A stretch of 62,120 bases of DNA, counting the filler, from Bonamia ostreae (lineage: Eukaryota), in the NCBI GenBank assembly GCA_040357525.1. It is 6 parts of 6 records of this genome, joined end to end, with 100 filler letters (N's around TTAATTAATTAA, not from the genome) between each part and the next. Parts side by side here need not be neighbours in the genome. Positions count along the whole stretch, not along the records: positions 10,688 to 21,111 come from JBDODL010000029.1; positions 21,212 to 31,494 come from JBDODL010000030.1; 4 more parts are not named here. One strand, given 5' to 3'. The notes under the pieces were generated by a model, which made no database searches, was not told where the DNA came from, and was given only the letters and a program-made list of their open reading frames with translations. How positions within the stretch are numbered: position 1 is the first letter of the stretch; each line of letters begins with the position of its first letter. Positions 11,561-23,447 of this stretch are shown here, in pieces. Made by a program: the position numbers and the translations under genes.

Positions 11561-13458
11561 TTATTTGAAAAAATTGTTAGAATAAAAGATTTTTAAATCG
11601 CCTGGGGAGAATTCAGTAAATATAAAAAATTTATTCAAAAAATCTTTCACAATCTTCATCAATTTCTAAAACATAAATATAATCCTGTTCAAATCCAACC
11701 ATTTCAATCTTAAAATTTCCAGAAAAACTTCCAGCCACTTCAATAATTCGCTGATCTTTCAAACAACAAATTCTAAAATTAAAATTTTTGAACAAGTCTA
11801 AAACTTCAAATTTGTCCAAAAATTCTTCTCCAAATCTCGTCAAAATCGAACATAATTTTGCGTAAACAGACAGGAAATCACATTTTCCGTTTTTTAAGCA
11901 TAAAACAACCGAACTTAGAAGCAATCTAAAAATTTGTAAATTTACTTTTGGAAAAGTGGCATGTTGTTTATCGTTTTGGAAATAAAATCTCCTTCTATGT
12001 TTTCTATCACGGCCACTACGTCTTGAATCGTTACTTTTGTTTTCTGGTCTATTTTCAGTTCGATCGCTTTTCTGATTTTGCGATTTAAAATTACCAAAAT
12101 TTTTTTTTAAATTGATGAAAATAATTTTAATTATTTTAATTTTAATTTCAATAACGCGCAAATGGCTAAAGCTTGTCTTATGTCACCAGACAGACTTGCT
12201 ACTTTTCTAGAACAGAATTCAATGGCTTCGTTTTCAAATAAGGAAGATTGGCCTAAGCGCTCCCTTATTATTAATTCAATTTGTTTTCTGTTGTACGGCT
12301 GAAAAACAATTCTTTCCATTCCTTTGGAATTAAGATTGNNNNNNNNNNNNNNNNNNNNNNNNNNNNNNNNNNNNNNNNNNNNNNNNNNNNNNNNNNNNNN
12401 NNNNNNNNNNNNNNNNNNNNNNNNNNNNNNNNNNNNNNTTTTCTGTTGTACGGCTGAAAAACAATTCTTTCCATTCCTTTGGAATTAAGATTGCCGAATT
12501 TTTATCGCCATTAACATTATTATCAAATATCGTTTTAAATTCAGAATAATCGCTTTTGAGTAATTAAAATTCGAAAACGACTTATTTTAACGAATTATAA
12601 AATTTTGACCTAACCGGCTCTGCACTTTTTTGCTCATTCGTTCTGGCAAATCCATCGTATTGGCGATACCCACTAAAACGATTTTTGTCGAATGGAAATG
12701 GTGCGGCCAGTCAAAGAGGTCATATAAAACGTCTTGGTCGGGAGTTAGCAAACAATCTAATTCGTCTACAACGAGAAGTATTCTTATTGATTTGGGATAA
12801 AATTGCCATTAAATTTTTGATTGAATGTTTTCAATTATTAAATTGCCATTTTGGCTAATTTATTGACTAAACGGGATTTTGGGTCACTTAAAATACAGCC
12901 ATTTTGTTTACTAAAGAACCAAACGATTTTAAAGAAGATTTTTAAACGTATTGTTGTGTTTTTTGAGAATGCGACTCCCTTTTACAAACAAATCGGACTT
13001 TCTTGAAGCTTTGTTATATAACAGAGATTCGAGCAATTTCTGTGATGCCAAGGGCCCTAATTGGTTCCTAAACATCTTTTTCCTGTTTTATTTAAATATA
13101 ACAATATTGTCATGTATATTTGAGAGGGGGACATTAGTTTCATGGCGTTGACGTTAATGTAAAGAAAATTTGGCAAATCGCCTTTTGTCGCCATTTTTCC
13201 CAAACCATTAATGACATAACTTACCACTGTCGTTTTGCCTGTTCCAGGCATTCCCGATATATCTAATCGCACCATTATTACAGCGAAAAAACAAAGTCCG
13301 GAGCCGGAGCTAAACTTCATGGAAAGTGCGTTTTTAAGAATGGCGTCGAGTTTTTGGATTTCGCTTTCTCTGCAAACAAGTTTGCCGAATTTGTACGAAG
13401 CGCTTAATTTTGCCAAACTTGATTTTTTGGCGATTCTGTTTATTTTCGATTTGGCCAT
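11561..13458 (-). CDS. ORC1: ORC1/CDC6-family AAA+ ATPase
   Basis: YISGMPGTGKT Walker A, LVVDELD Walker B, VLYDLFDWP, GIANTMDLPER and SGDIRQAL. Multi-exon with an internal assembly gap at 12339-12438. 3' end approximate. Confidence 0.85.
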
Positions 13459-13758
13459 TAATTTATTTACTTTTTAGGCAAAATAAGTTTTAACCGTTAA
13501 TCACTTAAAATCTGCTAAATTTTCAATGTTTGAGTTAAAAATGCGCGTTTTTGTTTTGCGACAAAACAACGAATGTATCGAAGCCAGCTATTTCCATTTA
13601 TATCTGGTCAAATCCATTCAAAATCAATAAGCGTTTAGGTGACTGGTAGCTTTAAAGCTAACGGACTAATCGAACGCTTTACATTTAAAATTTTAGCGAA
13701 TTGACTAAAATTTTGATTAATTGACTAGTCTCAAAAATTTTGATGCGAATAAAAAAAT

Positions 13759-14671
13759 TTATTTTCCGTCTAAAATTGAATTGACGTCCATTGAGGCGAC
13801 AAGTTTAGCTTCACATTGCCCCAAACCAGAAAAAGTCTTTTGGTCTAAATTAATCGCCACAAATTCTTCACTTTGACTACAAATACCGCCTTTCTCGTCA
13901 TTTTCGTTGTTTTTGATCTGAAAATTAAAATTAAACGTCGAAAAGAACATTTCCTATTTTTAGTTTGGTCTCTCCATTTTTTAATATCAATAGTTCCCCC
14001 AATTGCTGTTCGGTCAACTCGTTAATGTCGCATTTGTTATCGTCAAAATCAGTTTGTTTAGTTTTGTTCAACGGCAGTAAAGATGGCAGCTGCAACATAT
14101 AATTTTTAAGTTTCGGGCTGTTTCCTGTCAAAAAAAGATCTTCGCAATTCAATTCTTCCAATTTAAAGTTTTGCAAGTCGCTATTTAAAGACTGTTCAAT
14201 TATTTGGGCGAGTTTAAATGGTCTTTTTTCACCTTTTACGGCTAATTTTTGAAGGGCCAAATTTATCGGTGGATAAGAAATTGTGACTGGATAAGCTGAT
14301 TCGCAAGAATCTGAATAGTCATTTTCCTTCTTTTCGTCACTTTCTTCTTCGATCTTTGCGATCGATTTCGTTGTCTTTTTAGTTGTCGCTATCGGTTTCT
14401 GTTTGTTAAGAGGCCTTTTTGGTTTTTCCTTCGAATCGTTTGATTTTCGCTGCAAAATGGGGACATCTTTTGGGCGATTAAAATCCACTCTTTTTTTAAA
14501 ATTTCTTTTTTTAAATTCCACTCTTTTGCTGCTTTCTTTGCTTGGTACTCCGAAAACTTCCGAAAGAGATTTCGTTGTTCTAAATTTGTAGTTTGAGAAC
14601 CTTTGTTTTGACGATCTCTGTCGTCTGTTCGGTATGTTTATCTCAAAATTCGGCAAATTTTTTTCCGCCAT
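13759..14671 (-). CDS. POLR3D: RNA polymerase III subunit RPC4 (RPC53)
   Basis: LQLPSLLP...LGELLILKNGETKLKIGNVLFD C-terminal RPC4 domain. A 19-nt intron joins it to the last exon. Confidence 0.8.
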
Positions 14672-14765
14672 TTTTCTTATTTCACTTCGATAAGCCTATT
14701 GTCTAAAGTTTGGTTTTGCAAAATTAGACAAAAATCGATACATTTTGCAGATTTAGATTAGCGGA

Positions 14766-15094
14766 ATGTCTGAAAGATATAGTTTCACAGCTCAATTAGA
14801 GCATTTGCAAATGAAGTATGTCGGCACTGGCCATGCAGACGCCACAAAATTGTTTAGAAATACTTAAAAAAAAAGCGAATGGGTGCAGAACCAACACAGA
14901 GATACATATTCATCTTTAGTAGGGCATTCTTGCATGCTCGCATATTTTTCTGTTGTCGAAAACGAGAGCATTGGAAGAATTAAGTACAATTTTCTTACGA
15001 AAATGACTCAGCCATGGTTTCATTATAAAAATCTAGCGGACCACCTCCACCAGAGCCCGTCGATGATGACATCCCAGAGATTGATGACAAATAA
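14766..15094 (+). CDS. SF3B5: Splicing factor 3B subunit 5
   Basis: QLEHLQMKYVGTGHAD..FEWVQNQHRDTYSSLVGH...KMTQPCGPPP. Two short introns. Confidence 0.95.
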
Positions 15095-15473
15095 ATTTGC
15101 TTTGATTTCAAACATTTTTTCGACTAACTAAAAGCAATTTTAAACTAAGTAAAATTTTTGGCAATTTTATAATTTCAATTTTCGAAAATTGAAAAATAAG
15201 AATTCGCGCATTATTGGAAATTGAAGATTGTTCTTGCCGCTTTGTAATAATAGAAATAAAGCGGTACAATAAAAATTATAGACCGTTTTGTTTATAGAAA
15301 CAAAATTTACAAAAAAACGTTTTTGTTCAGATTAAAAAAAGTGGTTAATGGCCAAATGTTCAACTTTACGAACTTTACTCAAAAGAAAATTTATACATAA
15401 ATGGTTTTCACACTGTTAGGAGAAAAATAGAAAAGAAAAAATGCGTTAGTTGATAATAAAAATTTGATATCAT

Positions 15474-16094
15474 TTAATTCGATTGTAGGGAGATATCAAA
15501 AGTTGACGTATCTTTTTTCGAATTCTTTGTATTTTCCTCTTTTATGTCAAAACACCATGACGCATTGATAATTGAATAAAAAGCGGTCAATAAAGCGAAA
15601 ACGCAAATCAATAGCAAAACAACGTTGCTTTTATCTCTAAAGAAAACCGACGGATGTTCTAAACTCGCAAGTTTGTCGAGAACAGGGAATGCAACAAGTA
15701 TAGTTAAACTGGGGATAATCAATCCAGCTCCTATTTTTGATTTTAAACTTTTGCCATCGTTCAGCAACGCTAACATCGTTAACGAAAAAAGCGTTATTGG
15801 TCTCATAAAGTCGTGATCTAAAATAATTTTTCCGATCAAGTTTTTAAGCAATTTAAAAATTTTCCAAATACAAAAACGCAATATTTTTAACTGTTATGTT
15901 TTAGGAAAATCGTCTTTACCGTAATTGGTTTGAAATTAAAGAAAACTTTTTAAAAGCGTTTTGAAGCTTTCTTCGTATTCAATCACGAAAAAGTAAATAT
16001 AAATGCCGAGTAAAGCGGATTGTGCAATGGCAATGAGTGCCAAAAACACGATCATGACATATGTATATTTTGAAATGCGCTCTGTTTTACTCAT
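15474..16094 (-). CDS. Hypothetical multi-pass membrane protein
   Basis: ATG at 16094 with a hydrophobic first exon, plus hydrophobic ORF 15474-15881. Splice sites not resolved. Confidence 0.45.
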
Positions 16095-16426
16095 TTCCTT
16101 TAAATTTCCAGTTTAACTAAAGAGGTTTATTATTTAAAATTATTCGGAACATTTTTAATATATTTTTTTTAATTAATGTATGTTGAGTTTATATAATTCT
16201 TTCAAATCTGGCAAGATTTTTCGTAGACAGAAATTTGCTTTTTGGTGTAAATGCGTCGCGACATTGTATTTAATCCCATCCCTTCAAGATTTAACGTCAT
16301 TTTTGGGTGAAAAATCAATGTCTAGACTTATTAAGGAAAAATCAATGTTCTATGGCAATTAGATTATTTAGGTTGTCTTGAAATGTCGCGAGGGTAAAAT
16401 TTGCAAAATTAGGTGACAATTACAAA

Positions 16427-17161
16427 TTAAAAATGGAAAAAATCAGAAGATTCATCAAAATCAGACAGACGAAGATCGTATTTCAGCGTTTTTCTGTATT
16501 TTTGGACAATCGGCAAAAACTTTTTCGTTGCTTCACACATATCTTTTTCTTTTTTCGCGCCGGTCACTACGATTTTTCCTGTGACGAAAACTAGGAAAAC
16601 AACCTTCGGTTCTTTCATTCGATACACCAATCCCGGGAATAACTCGGGTTCGTACTAAGCAACAATTATCATTTTGTAAATTTTTTCGACAAATCGAAAA
16701 AGTTATTAATAAACGCTGGAAAAGTTATGAAAATCGTAAGCGAGTCCCTCGAGTCGTATCGAATAATCAACAGCCAAAGAACCGACCATATTGCAAATAG
16801 AAAAACCAGAAAATTTGACAGGAAAAGAGAGTTTTTGAACTATTCGCGCGAATTTACGGGCCGCGCGCAGAGACTCGTTTTCTCTCTTTGCTCCAGTAAC
16901 AATGACTTTCCCAGATTTAAACAAAAGAGCGGTTGTTTTGGGGCTGCGGATGCGCATTATTACGGCGGAAAATTTTTGTGGATTGTATTCCGAATTCCGG
17001 GCTCCGCGTGCTATCTGTTTTAAGTCGAGCTCGCATTTGCAGTCAAACGAAGAAACAACATTTCTATTTAGTAAATAGCAAAACTGTATTTTTATTTTGT
17101 CCATTTTAGTACTATTTTTTGTTTTATCTGTAGTTACATTTTTAGTACTTTTGGACGCCAT
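16427..17161 (-). CDS. TBP: TATA-box binding protein
   Basis: [39 protein letters not shown] and [27 protein letters not shown]. Intron at 17064-17084 plus one ~60-nt intron. Confidence 0.97.
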
Positions 17162-17350
17162 TTTTACAATTTATCTTATGGCTAAAATTTAAATAATCCT
17201 CGGATTTTTACGTGATTTATGCAAGATTATTATTATTAAAAACACAGTTTCATTTTTATCTAAATTCGATTATTCTTATCTTACCAAAGATTTAATATCT
17301 TGTTAATTTTTTGCATATTATTCAAAAAAAAAATAATTTTTAAACCACAA

Positions 17351-20183
17351 ATGATTTTAAAAGATTTATGGAATGATTGTTGTTCGTGCTACAACAACAA
17401 ACAAGTGTCCAAATCAACAAAATCGAAACCAATAAAAATCGATAAAAAAGCTGAGTCAACAAAATCGAAATCAAAGATAAAAATAGAGAAAAAAGCTGAG
17501 TCAACAAAATCGAAATCAAAGATAAAAATAGAGAAAAAAGCTGAGTCAACAAAATCGAAATCAAAGATAAAAATAGAGAAAAAGGCTGAAAATGAGATGA
17601 TTCCAACTCAAGAAACAAAGAAAAGTTTGAAAATGGCAAAAGAAAGCACTCCTTCGAAAAGAAAAGTCGGTGAATTTAAAGAAGGGGTAAACTCGCCAAG
17701 TTCGTCTATCAAAACACTTTCTTCAATTTCTTCTTTCAGTTTTTTCAAAGATAGTTACGATGAAAAATTGCAGAATGGTTTAGAAAGCTGTTTAAAGGGT
17801 GATAAAATTGAAAAACTGAATAGAAATTTGCTGCCACAAAAAAGAGTTTTGTATTTGAGTAAAAAATACGATATTCTTTATTGGGGTCGTTTTAAGAGTC
17901 AAAGCAATTCGAACATTCATATCACTGAAATCAAAAGGTTTCTTATACAAATAAAAATGTTTTGTTTAGAGTCTACAGACTCTATGATACGAAATTGTTG
18001 AAGGATCGAAAAATAGAAGGAGTATTTAGTGTTGTGACTAATAAAAGAATATTATATTTTGATTGTTTGAAGCGAAGCCGAGTTTTTTTTTGTAATTTTA
18101 AGAGAAACAAATGGGTTGCTATTCTACAATGGTGTATCGATAATATCAAGACAAAAGGCGCGTTGGATTTATTACTTCTTAGAGAAGAATGGAACGTTTT
18201 TGATGAAAATAATGACGGAAAACTTGTATTTAAAGAAGTTTGACAATTTTAAAAATATTAAAGGTAAAAAAACTTTTGGAAAGTTTAAATGTAAAATTTG
18301 ACTATGACGAAATTATTGGAATGATGAAAGATATTTCGAACGGGGATTTTTTAACTTTTGAGCAATTTGTGGAGCTCAAAAAGAAATTGGTGTGTCGCTA
18401 CGAGTTTATTGATTTGTTTGAAAATTATTCAGATTCTAGTTCGAAGATGTCAATTAAAGTTTTTTAGATAAAATTATTTAAACTTGAAGAAATTTGTCAA
18501 TTTTATGAAAGAAGAACAAAAAATAAAACTTTCGGAAAAAGAAGCAATTCAGTTACTTAACAAAAGTGTGACGGCAAGAAGCATTGAAAAGGAGATTAAT
18601 TTTTATGATTTTGTAGAGTTCTTGTCGTCGAAATTTAATCACCCTGTCAATTTATCTCATCAAAAAATTTTCCAGAATATGATGCAACCTCTAACTCACT
18701 ATTGCATTGCCAGCAGTCACAATACCTATCTTCAAAATAACCAATTATTTGGTTATAGCACTGTTGATATGTACATAAAAGTTTTGAAATCTGGGTGCAG
18801 GTTTCAACAATCTGTCAAATAAAATTGCTATTAAAATTTGCAGAATCGCCAAATTTCAAATTAATTTACAATAAAATTGACGAGTTTTAATTATTACGAA
18901 AAAGATGTTTGGAATTAGATGTTTGGAACAGTATAGACGGTGAACCAGAGATATATCATGGATACACACTTACATCAAAAATATATTTTAAAGATGTCGT
19001 TGCAGCTATATCTGAACAAGGATTTGTGGACAATCCATTTCCGATAATCTTATCAATTGAAAATCACTGCACTGAAAAACAACAAAACAGAATGGCGGAT
19101 GTTCTGTTATCTGCCTTTGGTGATAAAATTTTTTCTGCTGAAGATTTTGAAAAATTGAGCGAATTTCCGTCTCCAAATTTTCTGAAAGAGAAAATTTTGA
19201 TTAAAAGCAAAATTAATGAAGACGAACACGTTTTATCAAAACAAAGTAAACTCGGAAAACTTTGTTGTTTGGTGCCTGCCCATTTTTCTGGTTATGAAGA
19301 AGAGAATTATCGATTGAACCAAGTTATATCCATGCCGTTTTCTAAATTTAAAAAGGTGAAATTCACAAAATTATTATCTAACTCAATAAATTTGTATCTA
19401 TTCTTTATTTTCACATTTTAAAGGTTTCAGAAAACAACATTGACTTAATGCGAAAACTCACAAGACGGAATTTAGTGAGAGTTTATCCAGATGGTCAAAA
19501 CATAAATTCTGGGAATTTTAATCCTGCTTTTGTTTGGGCCAACGGAGCGCAAATAGCTGCTTTAAATTACCAAACAGCGGGAAAGTTTATGGGATTGAAC
19601 CAAGGAAATTTTTTTGTCAACGGATTCTGCGGATATGTTATTAAATCTGCGATCTTATTGAACGACCAAAAACGTTTTCCAATCTGTTATTCGTCAAACT
19701 ATATTTAGCAATTAAATCGCATCCATTTGGATCAATAAACTTGAAAAATTTTTATTGAAGCAACAGAGAAAATACGGTCACTTAACATGGAAATAATAAG
19801 TGCAGCATATCTTCCGAAAATCGAAACTGAAATCGTTGATCCTTATGTTGTAGTCGAACTTTTTGGACTAAACCACGTTTAAAATCACACTAACCATTTT
19901 AAACGAACAGCAAAAGAAACTGAAAACACCAGTAGTGCAAGATAACGGATTCAACCCCGTTTGGAACACGACACACAGAATATCGCTGTGCGACAAAAAT
20001 CGGCCAGAACACATTGTTATAACAGTTTTCGACAAAGACACAATAACGCAAGACGATTTCCTTGTTTGCAACTCTATTCCCGTCTGCGAGATCAGAAACG
20101 GTTATTATTTTCTGCCTATGCAAATCAACGCGTTCCAAGATTTGGCAAAATGTGGTGTGTACATTAAATTTGAGTACTCGTGA
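17351..20183 (+). CDS. PLC: Phosphoinositide phospholipase C (PH-EF-X/Y-C2, delta-like)
   Basis: ASSHNTYL, CLELDVW, IYHGYTLT, ILSIENHC, RVYPDG..SGNFNP, AALNYQT and DNGFNPVWN. Multi-exon. Confidence 0.95.
17444..17590 (+). repeat. Coding 45-bp tandem repeat (~3.3 copies; KKAESTKSKSKIKIE)
   Basis: gctgagtcaacaaaatcg recurs at 17450, 17495 and 17540. Confidence 0.95.
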
Positions 20184-20442
20184 TTTTATTGTTTGAACCT
20201 TTTCTTCTTGATTATTTACGAACGAGGACATTAATGTCATCTGTTTTAAACACTTATTCTAACGAATATTCGACTCAGCGTCGAAGTACAATATTGCCGA
20301 CAGACATTTAAAGGCGTATGCGCAGCTGACACAATGTAAACTTTTAAACTCAAGGGAGACATTGAGAGTGACAGGATTAACAATGACTTTACGAAAAAAT
20401 GAAAAAAATTCGGAAAATATTTTATTCGATAAAATTTTGTTA

Positions 20443-21111
20443 TTAGAATTCGTCGCAACAGCCTTTCGGAGAAACCCATTCGACGAAACTGGTTTTCTTC
20501 TCCGCCGCCAGAATGTCGCCAAAAGTCGCTTTTTGGGGTACCAAAGGAAACTTTGAAATCCGCCCATCCTGTAAATTTAGCAAAACGCCATCTGGCCCGA
20601 AAACGTGTCCGCTGTTGATTTTTCCGGGTGCGTGCACATAAATCAAATCTAAGTTTAGAACAAAATTTTGCCATTTCTTAAAAATGGCGTGAATGTCTTC
20701 TCCTAACCGTTTCTCGTGGTAAAGTCGCATATGCGATCCGGCCGAATGTTTGCTTTCGATCGAAATCTGTCTCCCGCCCTGTTTTTGGCGGATGACATAA
20801 CGACTTAATGTTGTATGCTCAACAGCGACTCCATTTCTAAAAATTGCTGCGGCGAATTTGCCGCCGATGCAAATTACGAAAAGAAGCGATTTTTCTTTCA
20901 AATTTTTTATTGAAAAAATTTGGTTTTCTGTCCCCATTTTGTATATTTCTTTTCTTATTCTTTTTGCAAAATTTTAGAAAAGATTTTTGATTGTAAACAT
21001 TAATTTATGATTTTTGCTGTTATTTATCAAAATCATGTCGTTTTCTGTTTCGCCGTAAAATCTGAAATCGCTTTTTAAGCAATTTTCAACGCATTTCTGA
21101 TTTTTGTAAAT
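20443..21111 (-). CDS. ANKZF1: VMS1/ANKZF1-like VLRF1 domain protein, 5' truncated
   Basis: GGKFAAAIF..HTTLSRYVIRQKQGGRQ..SAGSHMRLYHE..IYVHAP matches the Vms1-like release factor domain. Confidence 0.8.
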
Positions 21112-21509
21112 NNNNNNNNNNNNNNNNNNNNNNNNNNNNNNNNNNNNNNNNNNNNTTAATTAATTAANNNNNNNNNNNNNNNNNNNNNNNNNNNNNNNNN
21201 NNNNNNNNNNNTTTAAATACTTAATCGTTATTTTTAATCCAATAATTCTCTTCAGTATTTTAATAATATTCCAAAAATTTTATATTTTTACTTATACATT
21301 TTCATTGATTTATTGATATTGATTAGAAGCTAACATATGTTACATTTATAATTTTATGATTCCACATTTGAATACCCTTGTGAAAAATTGCCTTTATTTG
21401 AAAACGCCAATAACCGTTCAATTTACTAAATAATATTTTCGATGTTTATTATTGTATGTTAGAAAAAAATAAAGATGTAAATATCAAATTAGTTGAACAT
21501 TTATCACTT

Positions 21510-21576
21510 TTTAAGACGCCTAAATCAAGATATGCCGAGCAAATCTTTTGGCATATCCGTCACATTGCGTTTTAAA
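21510..21576 (-). promoter_or_regulatory. SECIS element (GUGA core) in GPx 3' UTR
   Basis: Minus strand: TTTAAAACGC aat GTGAC GGATATGCC AAAAgatttgctc GGCATATCT TGAT ttag GCGTCTTAAA. This gives helix I, a UGAN/NGAN quartet, a 9-bp helix II and an apical AAA. Confidence 0.85.
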
Positions 21577-21582
21577 GCGATT

Positions 21583-22230
21583 TTATTCCAAATACTTTAC
21601 AATCTCTTCTTCAATTTCTTCCCAAGTCGCCTTTTTATCGAATCGGCGCACTGGTTTTCCTGATCTATCGATGATAAATTTTGTGTGGAAATTCCAAGTT
21701 ATCTCCCCCGGGAAAGATCGTTTAAGCCATTTATAAACCGAATTGGAATTATCTCCGTTGATATCCGATTTCTCGAAGACTTGTAATTTTGAATTCTTCG
21801 ATTTTATAAAAGCTTTTATTTCCTTGTTGTCGTTATATTCTTGGTTCATAAACTTTAGAAAATTAATTAAATTATTTTCTTGTGGAAATATTATTGACCA
21901 ATATCTTTATAAGAATGATTTAGTGAAAATTGTCCTTTAAAACTTGTCCAGAGGGAAAAGCGAGGATTGTGAAGTTTTTAGATTTGTATTTGGCGTAGAG
22001 TCGGTTCTGTCTAATAAAATAGAAACCATTTGGTTGTAATTCGAACCCCTTAAACCTCATTTTGATGCGACATTGATTACAATAAAGACGTTTTGATCAA
22101 ACTGTTGAAATTTTACCAAATTTCCATCCAAATCGTTAAATGACAAATCAAAAAATGATCCCATTTCTGGGTTATAAAGATTGTTGCCTTTATAAACTCC
22201 AGATGAGAATACAGCCCTAAAGACATTCAT
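21583..22230 (-). CDS. GPX: Selenocysteine-containing glutathione peroxidase (GPx4-like, ~178 aa)
   Basis: VINVASK-TGA-GL (TGA at 22057-22059, the catalytic position), LAFPSGQFMNQE and ITWNFHTKFIIDRSG. Introns 22007-22026 and 21853-21943. Confidence 0.92.
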
Positions 22231-23105
22231 GCCTTTATAGCTATGCTTAGGATTATGATTTTATACTATAGTAGAGGTAAAATGAAATTAAACTGATATT
22301 TCTATTTGTACTTGTGTTCTTCTTTTGCACAAAAACCAGGAAATTCTTGTAATAAAAACGTCTATAATTTATTAAAAAAGCAGAGTTTATTTTATTAAAA
22401 TTTTCGTAAAAATAAAACTGAAGAAATAAACAAAATTTTTGTAAAATAAGTGAAAAGGTAATAAAAGGCACATAAATATTGTTTTTTTGTTAGAATCCAA
22501 ATGCATTAAAAACGAAAAGACGTATTAGTAGTGCTATAACATTTTTGTAAAATAATATTAAAAAAGTTTAAACAAGTTGTTTTCAATGAAAATTTTGAAA
22601 TTATAATAACAAAAAACAATATGGGATAACTACAAAAAAATTGATGAACAATTTTGTTAAAAATTTCAGTTTTTTTAGTGGTGCCAAGATGGAAACCGGT
22701 TAGGGTTAGCGAAGGGCTGACTAAAACTATCTGAACCTCAATCTTTAATATATTGAAACAAACATTCGGGGGATTGTATGCTTATACTCGAATATTTTTG
22801 TTGATCTTTTTATTTTATCTTTAATCGAAATGTAATCAGTTATTTTAGCATTCATTATACAAATTTACTTTACGTAAACTTTCTTTCAATCACTTAGTTT
22901 GATCTTTAATATCGAAACAATTGAAATTAAATTATCTATATTAACAACACGGAAATGAAGAGTAAAAAATTGAGACGTCTAAAAGAGATATGGGAAATTG
23001 GAAATGTTTAAGAAATCATAGTGACCAATTAAAAATTCTACCTGACGTACGTTATTAACAGCCATAAAGAGATTAGTAAAATTTCATATAAGGAATTATA
23101 TCTGG

Positions 23106-23306
23106 ATGGACGAAAACGAAATTCTTGAAAGGCTAACTAAATTAGATCCACAGTGCTCGGCAACAAGTCCGGCAGTCAAATTACTGAATGACTATTCCAA
23201 TAACCTTTTAAACGAGGCAGTTAATGAAACAAAACAATTTCTTAAGATCAACGGAAAGGATACGGTAGATCGAAATACGGCTAACATCATTAGCAAGAGA
23301 TTGTAA
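23106..23306 (+). CDS. Histone-fold protein, TAF12-like (upstream exons possible)
   Basis: LTKLDP...AVKLLNDYSNNLLNEAVNETKQFLKINGKDTVD resembles the TAF12 histone fold. Confidence 0.5.
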   Translation: MDENEILERLTKLDPQCSATSPAVKLLNDYSNNLLNEAVNETKQFLKINGKDTVDRNTANIISKRL

Positions 23307-23447
23307 ATTAATTTTTTTTTGTTTTTCGACAATAATAAAATCTAACCGATCTTTTTTGTTGTCAAATTGACTCCTTTCCATTCGAAAATTTTATCCGTTA
23401 ACGATCTTCTGATCAAATCCGGTTGTACTGTAAATTCGTCAAAATCG

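Noticed and set aside
12284-12493. ~55-bp duplication (MERIVFQPYNRK twice) in ORC1
   Set aside because: It flanks a 100-N scaffold gap, so it is an unmerged contig overlap.
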